A DNA stretch of 63,369 bases, filler included, from Theionarchaea archaeon (GTDB lineage: Archaea > Methanobacteriota_B > Thermococci > Methanofastidiosales > SZ-28-30): NCBI GenBank assembly GCA_018992565.1. It is 4 parts of 4 records of this genome, joined end to end, with 100 filler letters (N's around TTAATTAATTAA, not from the genome) between each part and the next. Parts side by side here need not be neighbours in the genome. Positions count along the whole stretch, not along the records: positions 1 to 25,750 come from JACVGW010000031.1; 3 more parts are not named here. One strand, written 5' to 3'. The notes beneath the pieces are model-generated. The model had not been told where the DNA came from, ran no database searches, and saw nothing but the letters and a program-made list of their open reading frames with translations. The position numbers and the translations under genes are program-made. Positions 1 through 9,539 of this stretch are shown one piece after another (within the stretch, counting starts at the first letter, position 1; each line of letters starts with the position of its first letter).

Positions 1-740
1 AGAATCCCCAGGACAATCACCACACTTCCTTTCAGTCTGCTGGTGGGTTCCCAGGACATTCTCATCATGCTGTACCCCAGGAGAAATCCTGTGACCATAC
101 CCATGTACTCTGGAACGAGCTCAGTATTCCATCCCACACCAGCTACCAGACCGCAGACTACTATGATCAGTGCCCATCGTTTCCACAGCTCTTCGGGAAC
201 CTGTAGATGACACGCGTGAAAGGCAAGATACAGGGCTGCTATCCCCAGAAGCCAGCCTCCAATGACGTCAGTAATGTAGTGCTCTCCCAGACCAAGTCGA
301 GATATCCCTACAGCGAAAGAAACAACTGCTCCTACATATATCCAGGGTTTCCAGTATCTGGTGAGAAATCCCCATCCTATTACAGCATTCTGTGGACTTC
401 CTGAAGGATACCCGTATCCAACTTCTGATGATCCTGGGGGTCTCGAAAGGCCGAATCCCACCTTGGCCAGCAACCCGGCTGCTCCCGCACCATAGAACGT
501 GGCAGTGAGTACAGCACCATCCCTTTTCAATCCCCACCAGTAGAGGGCAGGTCCAACAAAAGGAGCAATTCCTGCCAACAGATGGAGTATCTGCCACACT
601 GCATCCGGAACATTCCATGATACCGTCACTGCATCCACAGGATCAAGAATGTGTGTATATAGTCTCAGAATTCCTACAATAAAAAAGAGAGAAAAAAGCA
701 CAGTAATTACAATACATCCTCTATACTTCTTATCGTTCAT
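1..740 (-). CDS. PAP2-family membrane phosphatase-like protein (3' end runs off window)
   Basis: Absent from the ORF track; translated by hand from ATG 740 with no stop: MNDKKYRG...KVGFGLSRP...GYPSGSPQNA...SRLGLGEHYITDVIGG, matching PAP2 C1/C2/C3 motifs; several hydrophobic helices. Confidence 0.8.
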   Translation of the reverse strand, partial: MNDKKYRGCIVITVLFSLFFIVGILRLYTHILDPVDAVTVSWNVPDAVWQILHLLAGIAPFVGPALYWWGLKRDGAVLTATFYGAGAAGLLAKVGFGLSRPPGSSEVGYGYPSGSPQNAVIGWGFLTRYWKPWIYVGAVVSFAVGISRLGLGEHYITDVIGGWLLGIAALYLAFHACHLQVPEELWKRWALIIVVCGLVAGVGWNTELVPEYMGMVTGFLLGYSMMRMSWEPTSRLKGSVVIVLGI

Positions 741-886
741 GAAGAAGATACAAGAATACATATATATATCCCTATGGTGTCATCAATGCAAACCTTTTGC
801 TGTGAATATTTCTCGATATCTCTATATCATGAAAATACTGGTTCATGGTCTTCAGGGCTTCAAAAAAGAAAAAAAGAAGAAGGTTC

Positions 887-1729
887 TTAATCACGTTCAA
901 CAGATTCGGCCTTCTCCAGTATGGAAAGTAATGCTTCTCCCTCCTTAGTGAGGGTCCCTTTCTTGAAGACTCCCAGGTTCTCCATGTAGGGATCGGTGAC
1001 CTTCCTGTTGATCAACTGCGCACCAAAGGCTGAATTCCTCAAGGCCAGAATGTCTTCTACAGATTCGCTCTTGACAGCTTCCTGTCTCGAGATTGTCCCA
1101 TCTTTTAAGAAGATGATCCTTTCAGCTTTCTTTGCCACTTCGGGATCATGGGTTACCACAATGAAGGTCGTTCCCTTTTCCTTGCTGATCTTTTTCATGA
1201 GCTGAATGACCTCCATTGAAGTTGTCGAATCCAGCTCACCCGTAGGTTCATCTGCAAGAACAAGAACAGGATCGTTCACCAGGGCTCTAGCAACCGCCAC
1301 TCTCTGTCGTTCCCCGCCTGAGAGTTGAGATGGCGTGTGGTGCAGTCTCTCTCCCAGGCCCACCACCTTCAGAAGATCAATTGCTCGTGCTCGACGCTCA
1401 GCCCCTGAAACCAGTCCATGCATGGGTATCTCCACGTTCTCAAGAGCCGTCAAGTAGCCTATGAGATTGTGAAATTGGAAGACAAATCCTACTTTCCGTG
1501 ATCTGAAGGCATCCACGTCTTTGATGCCTGAGAGGGGTTCACCATCAATGAATACCTCTCCAGACGTGGGAGTGTCCAAAGCACCAATTAGAGTGAGAAG
1601 CGTTGTCTTGCCGGAACCCGAGGGGCCCATGATGGAGACAAACTCGCCTCCCTCAATCCCTAGGCTAATACTCTTCACTGCCTGTACTTCGCCAAATTGC
1701 TTGGTCAAGTTTTCTGTTTGAAGAAACAT
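887..1729 (-). CDS. ABC transporter ATP-binding protein (LolD/MacB-like)
   Basis: Walker A GPSGSGKT, signature LSGGERQRVAVARAL, Walker B VLADEPTG, VVTHD. Confidence 0.95.
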   Translation of the reverse strand: MFLQTENLTKQFGEVQAVKSISLGIEGGEFVSIMGPSGSGKTTLLTLIGALDTPTSGEVFIDGEPLSGIKDVDAFRSRKVGFVFQFHNLIGYLTALENVEIPMHGLVSGAERRARAIDLLKVVGLGERLHHTPSQLSGGERQRVAVARALVNDPVLVLADEPTGELDSTTSMEVIQLMKKISKEKGTTFIVVTHDPEVAKKAERIIFLKDGTISRQEAVKSESVEDILALRNSAFGAQLINRKVTDPYMENLGVFKKGTLTKEGEALLSILEKAESVERD

Positions 1730-1738
1730 GGTATCACC

Positions 1739-2857
1739 TCATTCATGAGATAAAGCCTCCATAGGGCTCATCCTGGAAGCTCTCCATGCAGGGTAGAATC
1801 CTCCCAGAACACCGAGAATCACTGCAATAACAAAGGCACTCACCACAAGGTCTGCTGTGACAGGGAGATCTACTGGAAGCTGAGCTGCTTCAGCCAGTGC
1901 ATTCACCAGTCCCGCGGCTATCACAATTCCTATGATTCCTCCAATAATACTGATGGCAAGTGATTCCTTGAGAACCATGGACAGTATCTTCCTTTTCTTC
2001 CAACCCACTGCTCTCAAGATTCCGATTTCCCGCGTTCTCTCCATAATTGACATAATCATGGTGTTCATGACAATAATACTGCCCACGACTATAGCAATGA
2101 GAGAAATGAGAGCAGAAATACTCGTAATCAGCTGGAGGTCCTCCTGTTTTGATGCTACTTCTGTGCTCTTCAACGCCATGAATCTCGAGAACTTGCTTTC
2201 TACTTCGTCTCTGATTACATCCACATTGTTGCTGTCTTCTACTTTTACTCGAAGCAGTGAAACCTGATTTTTCATATCAAAGAGAGTCTGCACCTCGGAC
2301 AGAGGGATGATGACACCGCCATCTTCAAAAGAGGCTCCTGTCTCATAGATACCGACGACATCAAAAGAATTGCCCTTTATTTTGAGAGCATCCCCTACCT
2401 GATATCCCTCTTGCACTGAAATCATCCTGCCTATGATGACCTTACCTGTGTCACCTTGGTTGAGGGTTCTCCCTTGAGTAATTTTGAATCGTTGGAGGTT
2501 CCTTTCAGTAGCTTCCATGCCAAATGTCATGATATACGATCTGTCTCCAATCTGTGCTGTAGTGAAAATCATTCCTGAAACCCAGGAAATGCCTTCCATC
2601 TGCTCAAGAGCCTGTTGTGTAGTGCTGTCCACCCTACTCAACATGAGATCAGGTGCATTTTTCTCCATGACAACAAAGTCACCGCCACCTTCTTCAATGA
2701 CTCTCTTGAACTGAGCTTCCAATCCTGTAGATACCATCAGCAAAGCAGTCACCAACATTATTCCAATAGCAATACCGAGAACTGTCAGTCCGCTCCTCAT
2801 CTTTCTTCTAAAAACACTTTTGAGAGTCATTCCAAAGACACGTTCCTTCATGCTCAT
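1739..2857 (-). CDS. ABC transporter permease (MacB/FtsX family)
   Basis: RSGLTVLGIAIG at N-terminus, ERTREIGILRAVGW, C-terminal YPAWRASRMSPMEALSHE. Confidence 0.93.
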   Translation of the reverse strand: MSMKERVFGMTLKSVFRRKMRSGLTVLGIAIGIMLVTALLMVSTGLEAQFKRVIEEGGGDFVVMEKNAPDLMLSRVDSTTQQALEQMEGISWVSGMIFTTAQIGDRSYIMTFGMEATERNLQRFKITQGRTLNQGDTGKVIIGRMISVQEGYQVGDALKIKGNSFDVVGIYETGASFEDGGVIIPLSEVQTLFDMKNQVSLLRVKVEDSNNVDVIRDEVESKFSRFMALKSTEVASKQEDLQLITSISALISLIAIVVGSIIVMNTMIMSIMERTREIGILRAVGWKKRKILSMVLKESLAISIIGGIIGIVIAAGLVNALAEAAQLPVDLPVTADLVVSAFVIAVILGVLGGFYPAWRASRMSPMEALSHE

Positions 2858-2862
2858 AGTCC

Positions 2863-2895
2863 TAAGATTTTCGCCCGCTATTTAAGATTTTCGCC
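2863..2895 (-). promoter_or_regulatory. Candidate BRE/TATA promoter with 13-bp direct repeat upstream of the ABC operon
   Basis: TAAGATTTTCGCC at 2863-2875 and 2883-2895; minus strand reads GAAAATCTTAAATA about 20-30 nt before ATG 2857. Confidence 0.5.
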
Positions 2896-3197
2896 TACGA
2901 ACCCTTTAGAGCCTCATGCGATCCACTATAATATTACTTTTTCTTTTTCGTTGATAGATATTTCCCAATATGCTCTTTAGTCCATAAGAAGAAAGCTTTA
3001 GACAAAAAGCCAATTCTTTTCTTTTTATATCACTAATCTATGATTAATTATCCATAGAAGGCTTTATAAATGCACATGTGAAAAAGAAGGTGATGATTTC
3101 AATGAATCATCTGCCTGGGCCGCGTCCTGACTGCCTAGAGCACAAGAGTGAGAACACGTAATCGTGAAAGCAAGAACCATATGAATGGAGGAATTGC

Positions 3198-3617
3198 ATG
3201 GATTTGAACCAAGAGTTTATTGATGAATTTGGAAGACTCTCCAAAGACATTCAGAATAATGAGCTCCAGGGGAAGATTCAGATGTTTTTCAGATTGATAA
3301 AGCCAAGAGTTACGCAAAATGAGCTTGCAGAACGATTTGGAGTTAGAAATGCTGATATCAATGTTGCTATGGAGAACTTTAAAATACTGGGTGTTGCAGA
3401 AGAAACTGAAGAAGGGGGGTTGATGACATATGTCTTCAAAGGATACGCTGCTGAGATAAAGGAGATAGCCAGCCTCTTTCCTGAGAGGCAGAAGAGGCTC
3501 GGCGCCTCTGTAGAAGTTCTTGAACAGCTCATAGAAAAAGCACGCATGGAGGGGGAACAGGTAGACAAGCATCTTTCTGTGGTGCAGAGTATCAGGAAAG
3601 ACTTCGGAATCGAGTGA
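3198..3617 (+). CDS. Putative winged-HTH regulator (GbsR/MarR-like)
   Basis: VTQNELAERFGVRNADINVAMENF HTH-like segment, coiled-coil C-terminus, GGAGG SD; divergent from the ABC operon. Confidence 0.55.
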   Translation: MDLNQEFIDEFGRLSKDIQNNELQGKIQMFFRLIKPRVTQNELAERFGVRNADINVAMENFKILGVAEETEEGGLMTYVFKGYAAEIKEIASLFPERQKRLGASVEVLEQLIEKARMEGEQVDKHLSVVQSIRKDFGIE

Positions 3618-3658
3618 TCATAAAGATTCTTTCACCTCGTGGACTGTTCGAAGAGATT

Positions 3659-4672
3659 TCACACGCATGAAGCCACAAGTTCTTCAATACTCATCATCTT
3701 GTGGAATGAATTCCGTTTCATATGGTACAGGCAAAAGGGACAGGCTGTGACCAGGGTAACATCCGGAAGAGAATTCTTGAGCATTGTACGGCAGATAGAA
3801 TCAGCCACTTCTCTGAAGTTCAAAAGCATGCCCCCTCCTGCTCCGCAGCAGCTCTGAGATTCCTTCTCCGTGTAGGATGACAGAGAGCTGAGTATTCGCC
3901 GCGGCTGCGAGGTAATTGAATTTCTCAGGAGGTGGCACGGATCATGGTAGGTGGTGCAAAGAGGCTGAGGTTCTAATTCATCAAGGTAGGTGTTGAGTAT
4001 TTCTGATGTGTGCATGACTCTAATGTTGAAAGGGTACTCAAGAAAGTGGGAATAACAACCTGCGCATGATGTGATTAGAGTCTTTATCCCTTTGGTTTTA
4101 AAGTAGGTTATATTACGTTCCATTATCTCTTGGGCTTCTGCTAAGAATCCAGTTCTTGACAGAAGAGAGCCGCAGCACACATCATCAATAACTTGAAGGG
4201 GTAGCCTATCTTTGACGACCCTCATAAAGCTCTGGGCTATCTGAGGCTGCATCAGTGAAGTTGTGCACCCCGGAAAATACGCTACATCTGCTTCAGGATC
4301 AGAAGATAGTGCAAGCCAGGACTCTCTCTCGGACTGTGGCCTTGTATAAGGGTTGCCCATCTCACATGCTGATTGGACTGATTGACGAAGTGTATGGTTC
4401 TCAAGAGGATGTGCAGCTCTCCATGTCTTGACCGCTTGTGTGATCTTTGCATGGGAAGGGCAAACATCTTCACATCGTCCACACATGGTGCAGGTGTACA
4501 GTCGTTCAGTGACAGACTGTAAGTCCAGAAGTCCTTCTGCATATTTTCTCAAGAGTATGCTCTTAGCACGAGGCGACAACGCTTCACTATATGTCGCAGA
4601 GTACACAGCACACCCATCAAGGCAGTAACCACAGGAGCCGCATTCAAATATATCACACTGATGAGGGTTCAT
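3659..4672 (-). CDS. Fe-S/CCG-domain oxidoreductase (GlcF/HdrD-like)
   Basis: CGSCGYCLDGC and CTMCGRCEDVCP ferredoxin motifs; two CCG domains (FPGC, VCCGS, SCAGC; YHDPCH, SCCGAGGG, ACPFC). Confidence 0.9.
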   Translation of the reverse strand: MNPHQCDIFECGSCGYCLDGCAVYSATYSEALSPRAKSILLRKYAEGLLDLQSVTERLYTCTMCGRCEDVCPSHAKITQAVKTWRAAHPLENHTLRQSVQSACEMGNPYTRPQSERESWLALSSDPEADVAYFPGCTTSLMQPQIAQSFMRVVKDRLPLQVIDDVCCGSLLSRTGFLAEAQEIMERNITYFKTKGIKTLITSCAGCYSHFLEYPFNIRVMHTSEILNTYLDELEPQPLCTTYHDPCHLLRNSITSQPRRILSSLSSYTEKESQSCCGAGGGMLLNFREVADSICRTMLKNSLPDVTLVTACPFCLYHMKRNSFHKMMSIEELVASCV

Positions 4673-4676
4673 TTCA

Positions 4677-6029
4677 TCACCTTAACCCCAGCTTCCCCCT
4701 GTTCATAATGTGACACGGATCAAAGACGTCCTTTATGTCCTGCATAACCTTTCTCCTTGCAGGGTATCCACAAAGATAACCTACTTTATCGCCCCCCAAA
4801 GCGCTTATCCCTCCTCCATGTTCTAGAGTTATTTTGATAATCTCATCTTTTGCCACCTTTACTCTTTTTACTTCCTCTTCGTCCCTTTCATTTACCACCA
4901 TCCCCGGGAAGAGGACCAATGTGCGCCGGGAGGCCACATAGCCCCCCATGAACATTCTTACAGACAATTCGTCTGCCTTTTCCCAGCATCTGAGAGCAAC
5001 GTCAAAGACACAATCCACGGGTACGAAGGTGTCTTCAAAGGAGATCATTCCAACGCGATACACTTTCGGAAGAAATGAAGAAAGGTTTTTCCAGAGCCCC
5101 GCAGAAATGCCTCCAATGTTCAGGTGAGAGTTGTAGTGACGTACTATGGATTCCAGCGTACATTTCTCCTGTTCCCCAAACTGCTGGAATACCATCAAGA
5201 GATATCCTGAGGAATTTCTCTTGTTCCTGTCAATTGTGGCAGCAGGGTTTCCAAGAGTAACCTCCCTGACAAAGTCAAATGTTGTGGCATCATCATATAT
5301 AATGGTGTAGGGACAGAGATCTGTGAGAGCTACCTCCTGTACACAGGCCAATGTGTCCTCGAAACTCCCAAAAAAGGCTGAAACCACTGTTTGATTCTGC
5401 TTATTAATAGATGTGAGAAGAATGCTGGTTATGAATCCCAGTGTACCCTCAGACCCCACAAACAGCTCACAGAGGTTGTATCCTGGAGTGTATTCAGTCA
5501 CACTCCCCAGTGAGAACTCATCTCCATTTCCTGTTATCACCGTCATGTCCAGGACCTGCTGTTTTATTCTTCCATATTGGTACGATCCCAGCCCCACGCC
5601 GTTGGTAGCAACAAACCCACCAATGCTGGCGCCGGGGGAACTCCAGGGGATCACGGGGAGTTGTAACCCAGCTCGTGCCAGGGTTGTATCTATGTGGGAT
5701 ATACTGCATCCTGGCTGTACTCTCACGTAGTGTCTCGTTTTGTTCACTTCTTCAATTCTATTCATATGGGCAAAATCGACGATGATCCCGCCTTCCACAG
5801 GGACTGCTCCTCCAAAGGTACCAGTTCCCCTTCCTCGAGGTATGAGGTTCCATCCTTCCTTCTTGGCAGCCTCTACCAGGGATTTAACCTCCTTCTTGGT
5901 TTTGGGCTGGACAACAGCATCAGGCATTCCTTCCAGGCAAGGGACGGCATCTCTGGAATAACAGAAAAGATCAGCAGGCTCAAAAAACGCTCTCTCTTTG
6001 AAAATATCTCTCAATGTATGCTCCATCAT
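4677..6029 (-). CDS. FAD-binding oxidoreductase (GlcD/D-lactate dehydrogenase/VAO fold)
   Basis: PDAVVQP, PRGRGTG, SIGGFVATNG, GSEGTLG, KDVFDPCHIMNRGK; start set at the ATG overlapping the upstream stop (ATGA). Confidence 0.88.
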   Translation of the reverse strand: MMEHTLRDIFKERAFFEPADLFCYSRDAVPCLEGMPDAVVQPKTKKEVKSLVEAAKKEGWNLIPRGRGTGTFGGAVPVEGGIIVDFAHMNRIEEVNKTRHYVRVQPGCSISHIDTTLARAGLQLPVIPWSSPGASIGGFVATNGVGLGSYQYGRIKQQVLDMTVITGNGDEFSLGSVTEYTPGYNLCELFVGSEGTLGFITSILLTSINKQNQTVVSAFFGSFEDTLACVQEVALTDLCPYTIIYDDATTFDFVREVTLGNPAATIDRNKRNSSGYLLMVFQQFGEQEKCTLESIVRHYNSHLNIGGISAGLWKNLSSFLPKVYRVGMISFEDTFVPVDCVFDVALRCWEKADELSVRMFMGGYVASRRTLVLFPGMVVNERDEEEVKRVKVAKDEIIKITLEHGGGISALGGDKVGYLCGYPARRKVMQDIKDVFDPCHIMNRGKLGLR

Positions 6030-6940
6030 ATCACCAGGGTTCCATGGTCCACAACTACTGTCCTGTCTATTATGACTGTGGGTGCAGATATGACTCCATC
6101 CATGTGGATTCCTGCTCTGTGACATCCCCCAATAGTATGGTTGTCTCCCAGAGAGATGTGACAGGTTCCTTCTATCTTCTTGGCTTCAAAAACGGTATTG
6201 TACGTGGCTGCAGGATTCATACCCACAGCGCATTCAGCAATTTGCCTGCTCCCCGGATGGGCATTTAAGAGGGGTTCCAGGTTCTCTGGTCCTCCCTCAC
6301 AGGATACTACCTGTCCTTCACGTACATGGAAAGTGATAGGGTCTTTAAGAAACCCCAGACCAACCATGCCAACATCCACCACATAAGAGCCTTCAACACT
6401 CTCTTCCACTGGTGATATGAGCACTTCCCCCTCCGGGAGAGTTCCAAATGCACCCTGTCTTGTGTAGTCACCTGTAAGAGGCAGGGGGTGCCTCTCCTTG
6501 ATCGACATTTCAAGATGAAGTCCACCTGATTCAACAGTGACGTATTCTCCTCGTTCAAATATCTCCTGCAGGCACAGGCCTCGTTCCTCAAGGAGTTCAT
6601 AGTCTGTGTCAACAATAGTCTTCAGGGATTCTTCAGTGATCCCCGCCATTGAAATAAACCGGGCTCCCTTCTCACAGGCTTTTTTCCGTGCATCAGTAGG
6701 ACCCAACGAGAAGGTGGTGAGAGCCATAATAGCATCATATTCAGTGAACATATGAGATATCTGGGGCGAGGGCTCCTCCCCATTACAACGTGCTGGAGGT
6801 ATACACACCAGAGGAGAGGAAAGACCTTCTCCAAAGGGTTTTCCTATTCCAAGATGTGGGTAGTCGCAGACTACAAGTACATCCTCATCTGTCTGAAGAT
6901 TCAAGCATCTGTCGGCTATGAATCGAGCGACATCTTTCAT
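6026..6940 (-). CDS. M29/AmpS-like metallo-aminopeptidase family protein
   Basis: LPEGEV, IAECAVGMNP, EAKKIEGTCHISLGDN, GIHMDGVI motifs. Confidence 0.8.
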   Translation of the reverse strand: MKDVARFIADRCLNLQTDEDVLVVCDYPHLGIGKPFGEGLSSPLVCIPPARCNGEEPSPQISHMFTEYDAIMALTTFSLGPTDARKKACEKGARFISMAGITEESLKTIVDTDYELLEERGLCLQEIFERGEYVTVESGGLHLEMSIKERHPLPLTGDYTRQGAFGTLPEGEVLISPVEESVEGSYVVDVGMVGLGFLKDPITFHVREGQVVSCEGGPENLEPLLNAHPGSRQIAECAVGMNPAATYNTVFEAKKIEGTCHISLGDNHTIGGCHRAGIHMDGVISAPTVIIDRTVVVDHGTLVI

Positions 6941-6944
6941 CAAA

Positions 6945-8468
6945 TCACCTGCCAGTCCAGGAATAGCTGTGGGACGGAACTGGAACATCTGGATCTATAG
7001 GGATATCCACAACAGTGGTCCTCTCAGGCTCTGGCTCCAATTCCAGCAATTCCTCAAGGGTTTCAATTCTCACTCCTTCAGCCCCGAAGGACTCTGCCAG
7101 CCTGGCAAAGTCGGGAAGAGGTGAGAGATCGATTTCTGAAATCCTGTTGAAGCATGACAGCTGGCTCTGTCGAATCATGCCGAGATATCCATTGTTGAAA
7201 ATGCACACTGTCACAGCGAGTTGGTTCCTTACAAAGGTGACCAGTTCCTGACACATCATGAGAAAACTGCCGTCTCCTCCTATGTTTACCACAGGACTTG
7301 CCGGACAGGCTACTTTAGCTCCAAGAGCAGCAGGAAGCCCGAATCCCATGCAGCCCAGCCCTCCAGAGGTAATGAACCGAGATGGTCTCGAAATCCTCAG
7401 GTAGTTGGCAGCAAATAACTGATGTTGACCAGTATCTGTAATGAAAATGGAGTCTGGTGGGAACACTTTCCTCAGCGTTTTGAGTACGGCTACAGGACTG
7501 AGAAGTGGCCCTTCAGGTGTCATGACCTCGGATTCTGATTCTGATTCTTCCCATTGAGGTGTGTGAGGTCTCTCGGAAAGCAATGCCAGGAGTATAGGAA
7601 GCACTGTTCTCAAGTCCCCCTTCACCAGCATGGTATTCTCCAGAGCTGTTCCCACCCTGTCTTCCACATTGACACATACAATGTGTGCTCTCGGAGCAAA
7701 CTCTGAGACACTCCACACTGTCCTGTCAGAAAGCCTGGTTCCCAGGGCCAGGACAACATCGGCTCGCTGTACAATGTGGTTGGCATGCTGTGAACCATTG
7801 CTGCCAATCATCCCGCAAAACAGGGGATCACACTCAGGAAACCCACTCTTACCCATCAAGGTCGTCACCACAGGGCAGTTCAGCAGGTGACAGAGATCGT
7901 ACACCTTTTCTGAAACCTGTGAGCGCACAACTCCTCCACCAACTATGACGACTGGGAGCTGGGAATCCATAAGGAGGGTTGCTGTGGCACATATATCATT
8001 GTAAGGGATCCTAGGGGATGAGGGAAAGGTGTTCTCATCAAAGCCAGGAAGCCAGGCAGTCTGTCCAGTCTGAACATCGCGAGGGAAATCCAGGTGAACT
8101 GGCCCAGGAGGACTGCTGGTACTGATTCGTATCATTTTTTTCACCATGTATTCTACAAGCTTGGGAGTGGTTACCAGTGCAGAGCTCTTCACAATTGGGT
8201 CAAATACTGATGTTGTTTCCACTTCCTGAAAAGAATCAGTTCCTATCCTGGAAAGAGAAGTCTGTCCCGTAATTGCCAGCAGGGCTGAACGATCCTTATA
8301 TGCTGTCGCCAGTCCTGTAGTCAAATTAAGAGATCCTGGTCCGGAGGTGGCCATGGCCACAGCAATGTTCCCGCATGCTCTAAAAAACCCATCTGCCGCA
8401 TGGGCTGCTGCCTGTTCATGTCCCATGAGGTAGTGAGTCATTCCGGTGTCCAGGAAGAGATCATACAC
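6945..8468 (-). CDS. Thiamine-diphosphate enzyme, acetolactate synthase large subunit-like (5' end in gap)
   Basis: HEQAAAHAADG, ATSGPG, PGPVHLDFPRD, SGGLGCMGFGLPAALG, GDGSFLM...NNGYLGMIRQ. Confidence 0.9.
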   Translation of the reverse strand: MYDLFLDTGMTHYLMGHEQAAAHAADGFFRACGNIAVAMATSGPGSLNLTTGLATAYKDRSALLAITGQTSLSRIGTDSFQEVETTSVFDPIVKSSALVTTPKLVEYMVKKMIRISTSSPPGPVHLDFPRDVQTGQTAWLPGFDENTFPSSPRIPYNDICATATLLMDSQLPVVIVGGGVVRSQVSEKVYDLCHLLNCPVVTTLMGKSGFPECDPLFCGMIGSNGSQHANHIVQRADVVLALGTRLSDRTVWSVSEFAPRAHIVCVNVEDRVGTALENTMLVKGDLRTVLPILLALLSERPHTPQWEESESESEVMTPEGPLLSPVAVLKTLRKVFPPDSIFITDTGQHQLFAANYLRISRPSRFITSGGLGCMGFGLPAALGAKVACPASPVVNIGGDGSFLMMCQELVTFVRNQLAVTVCIFNNGYLGMIRQSQLSCFNRISEIDLSPLPDFARLAESFGAEGVRIETLEELLELEPEPERTTVVDIPIDPDVPVPSHSYSWTGR

Positions 8469-8568
8469 NNNNNNNNNNNNNNNNNNNNNNNNNNNNNNNN
8501 NNNNNNNNNNNNNNNNNNNNNNNNNNNNNNNNNNNNNNNNNNNNNNNNNNNNNNNNNNNNNNNNNNNN

Positions 8569-9539
8569 GTCACCCCCTCAACTGAAACCCGGATTCCTTT
8601 GGGTATCTCAAAGAGGAGAAAGGTGGTCACAGTGAATGTACCAATGGCAGCCAGGAGCACAGTCAAGTGAGCTCCTTCCAGATACTGGACTATCAGTGAG
8701 ATCTGGAGCATAATAGTACCCAAGCGGAACAGGCGCAATGTGGTGGTTGCATTGGCTGGGGTGGGATGCTGCAGAAGGAGCTGTGTATTGTACAGAGAAA
8801 GTATCACCACACAACCCATGATGGTGGCAAAGGTCAAAGTGAAGTTGGACACCCAAGCACTCCACACAACTCCTGCAATCCAGAAGAGAGAGGCTACATA
8901 TGTTGACCTTCTCATTCCCACCTGTACGGGGAGCGTCATAACGTGAGTCTTTTTATCTCCAGGAACATCACCCACAGAGGCCATGATGTTAATGGCTATA
9001 TGATACAGAAATACGCCCAGAGGAGCCCACCATGAAGTGATCCTTCCTGCAACTGCAGATTGTCCAATATAGATGCAGAGTAAGACACAGAAAGCAAAGG
9101 TTATGTGGCCCGAAATACCATTTCTCTTTGTAGTATATGAATATACATTTGACATGAGAATGGCAAAAAGGGTCAGACTGGGGCATACATAACTCCTGGT
9201 GGCAACAGACAGCGCTATTCCTGAAAGCGTCAGCAATCCCCCGAATGCCACTGATTCCCGCAGGGTGAATCGTCCTGAAGGGACAGCCCGGTAGGGTGTG
9301 TTAATGGTGTCCACGTCAAGATCAAATATGTCATTAAATACCTGACCTCCCGCCCACAGAAAAACAGGTATGAACATCCCGCAGAGCGCAGTGATATCAA
9401 TGCGCACTTCCTGAGTTGCCATTATCACACCAATCAGACCTGATGTGAAGGGCATACTCATATTGAAAATCCGTATAAACTCAAGAGCACCCCAGATCTT
9501 AGAGGTAGATCCTTTCTCCAGGGATTGCACGCTTCTCAT
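8569..9539 (-). CDS. UbiA-family prenyltransferase (DGGGP synthase-like; 3' end in gap)
   Basis: NDIFDLDVDTINTPYRAVPSG and GDVPGDKKTHVMTLPV motifs, multiple TM helices; ATG overlaps the upstream stop. Confidence 0.88.
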
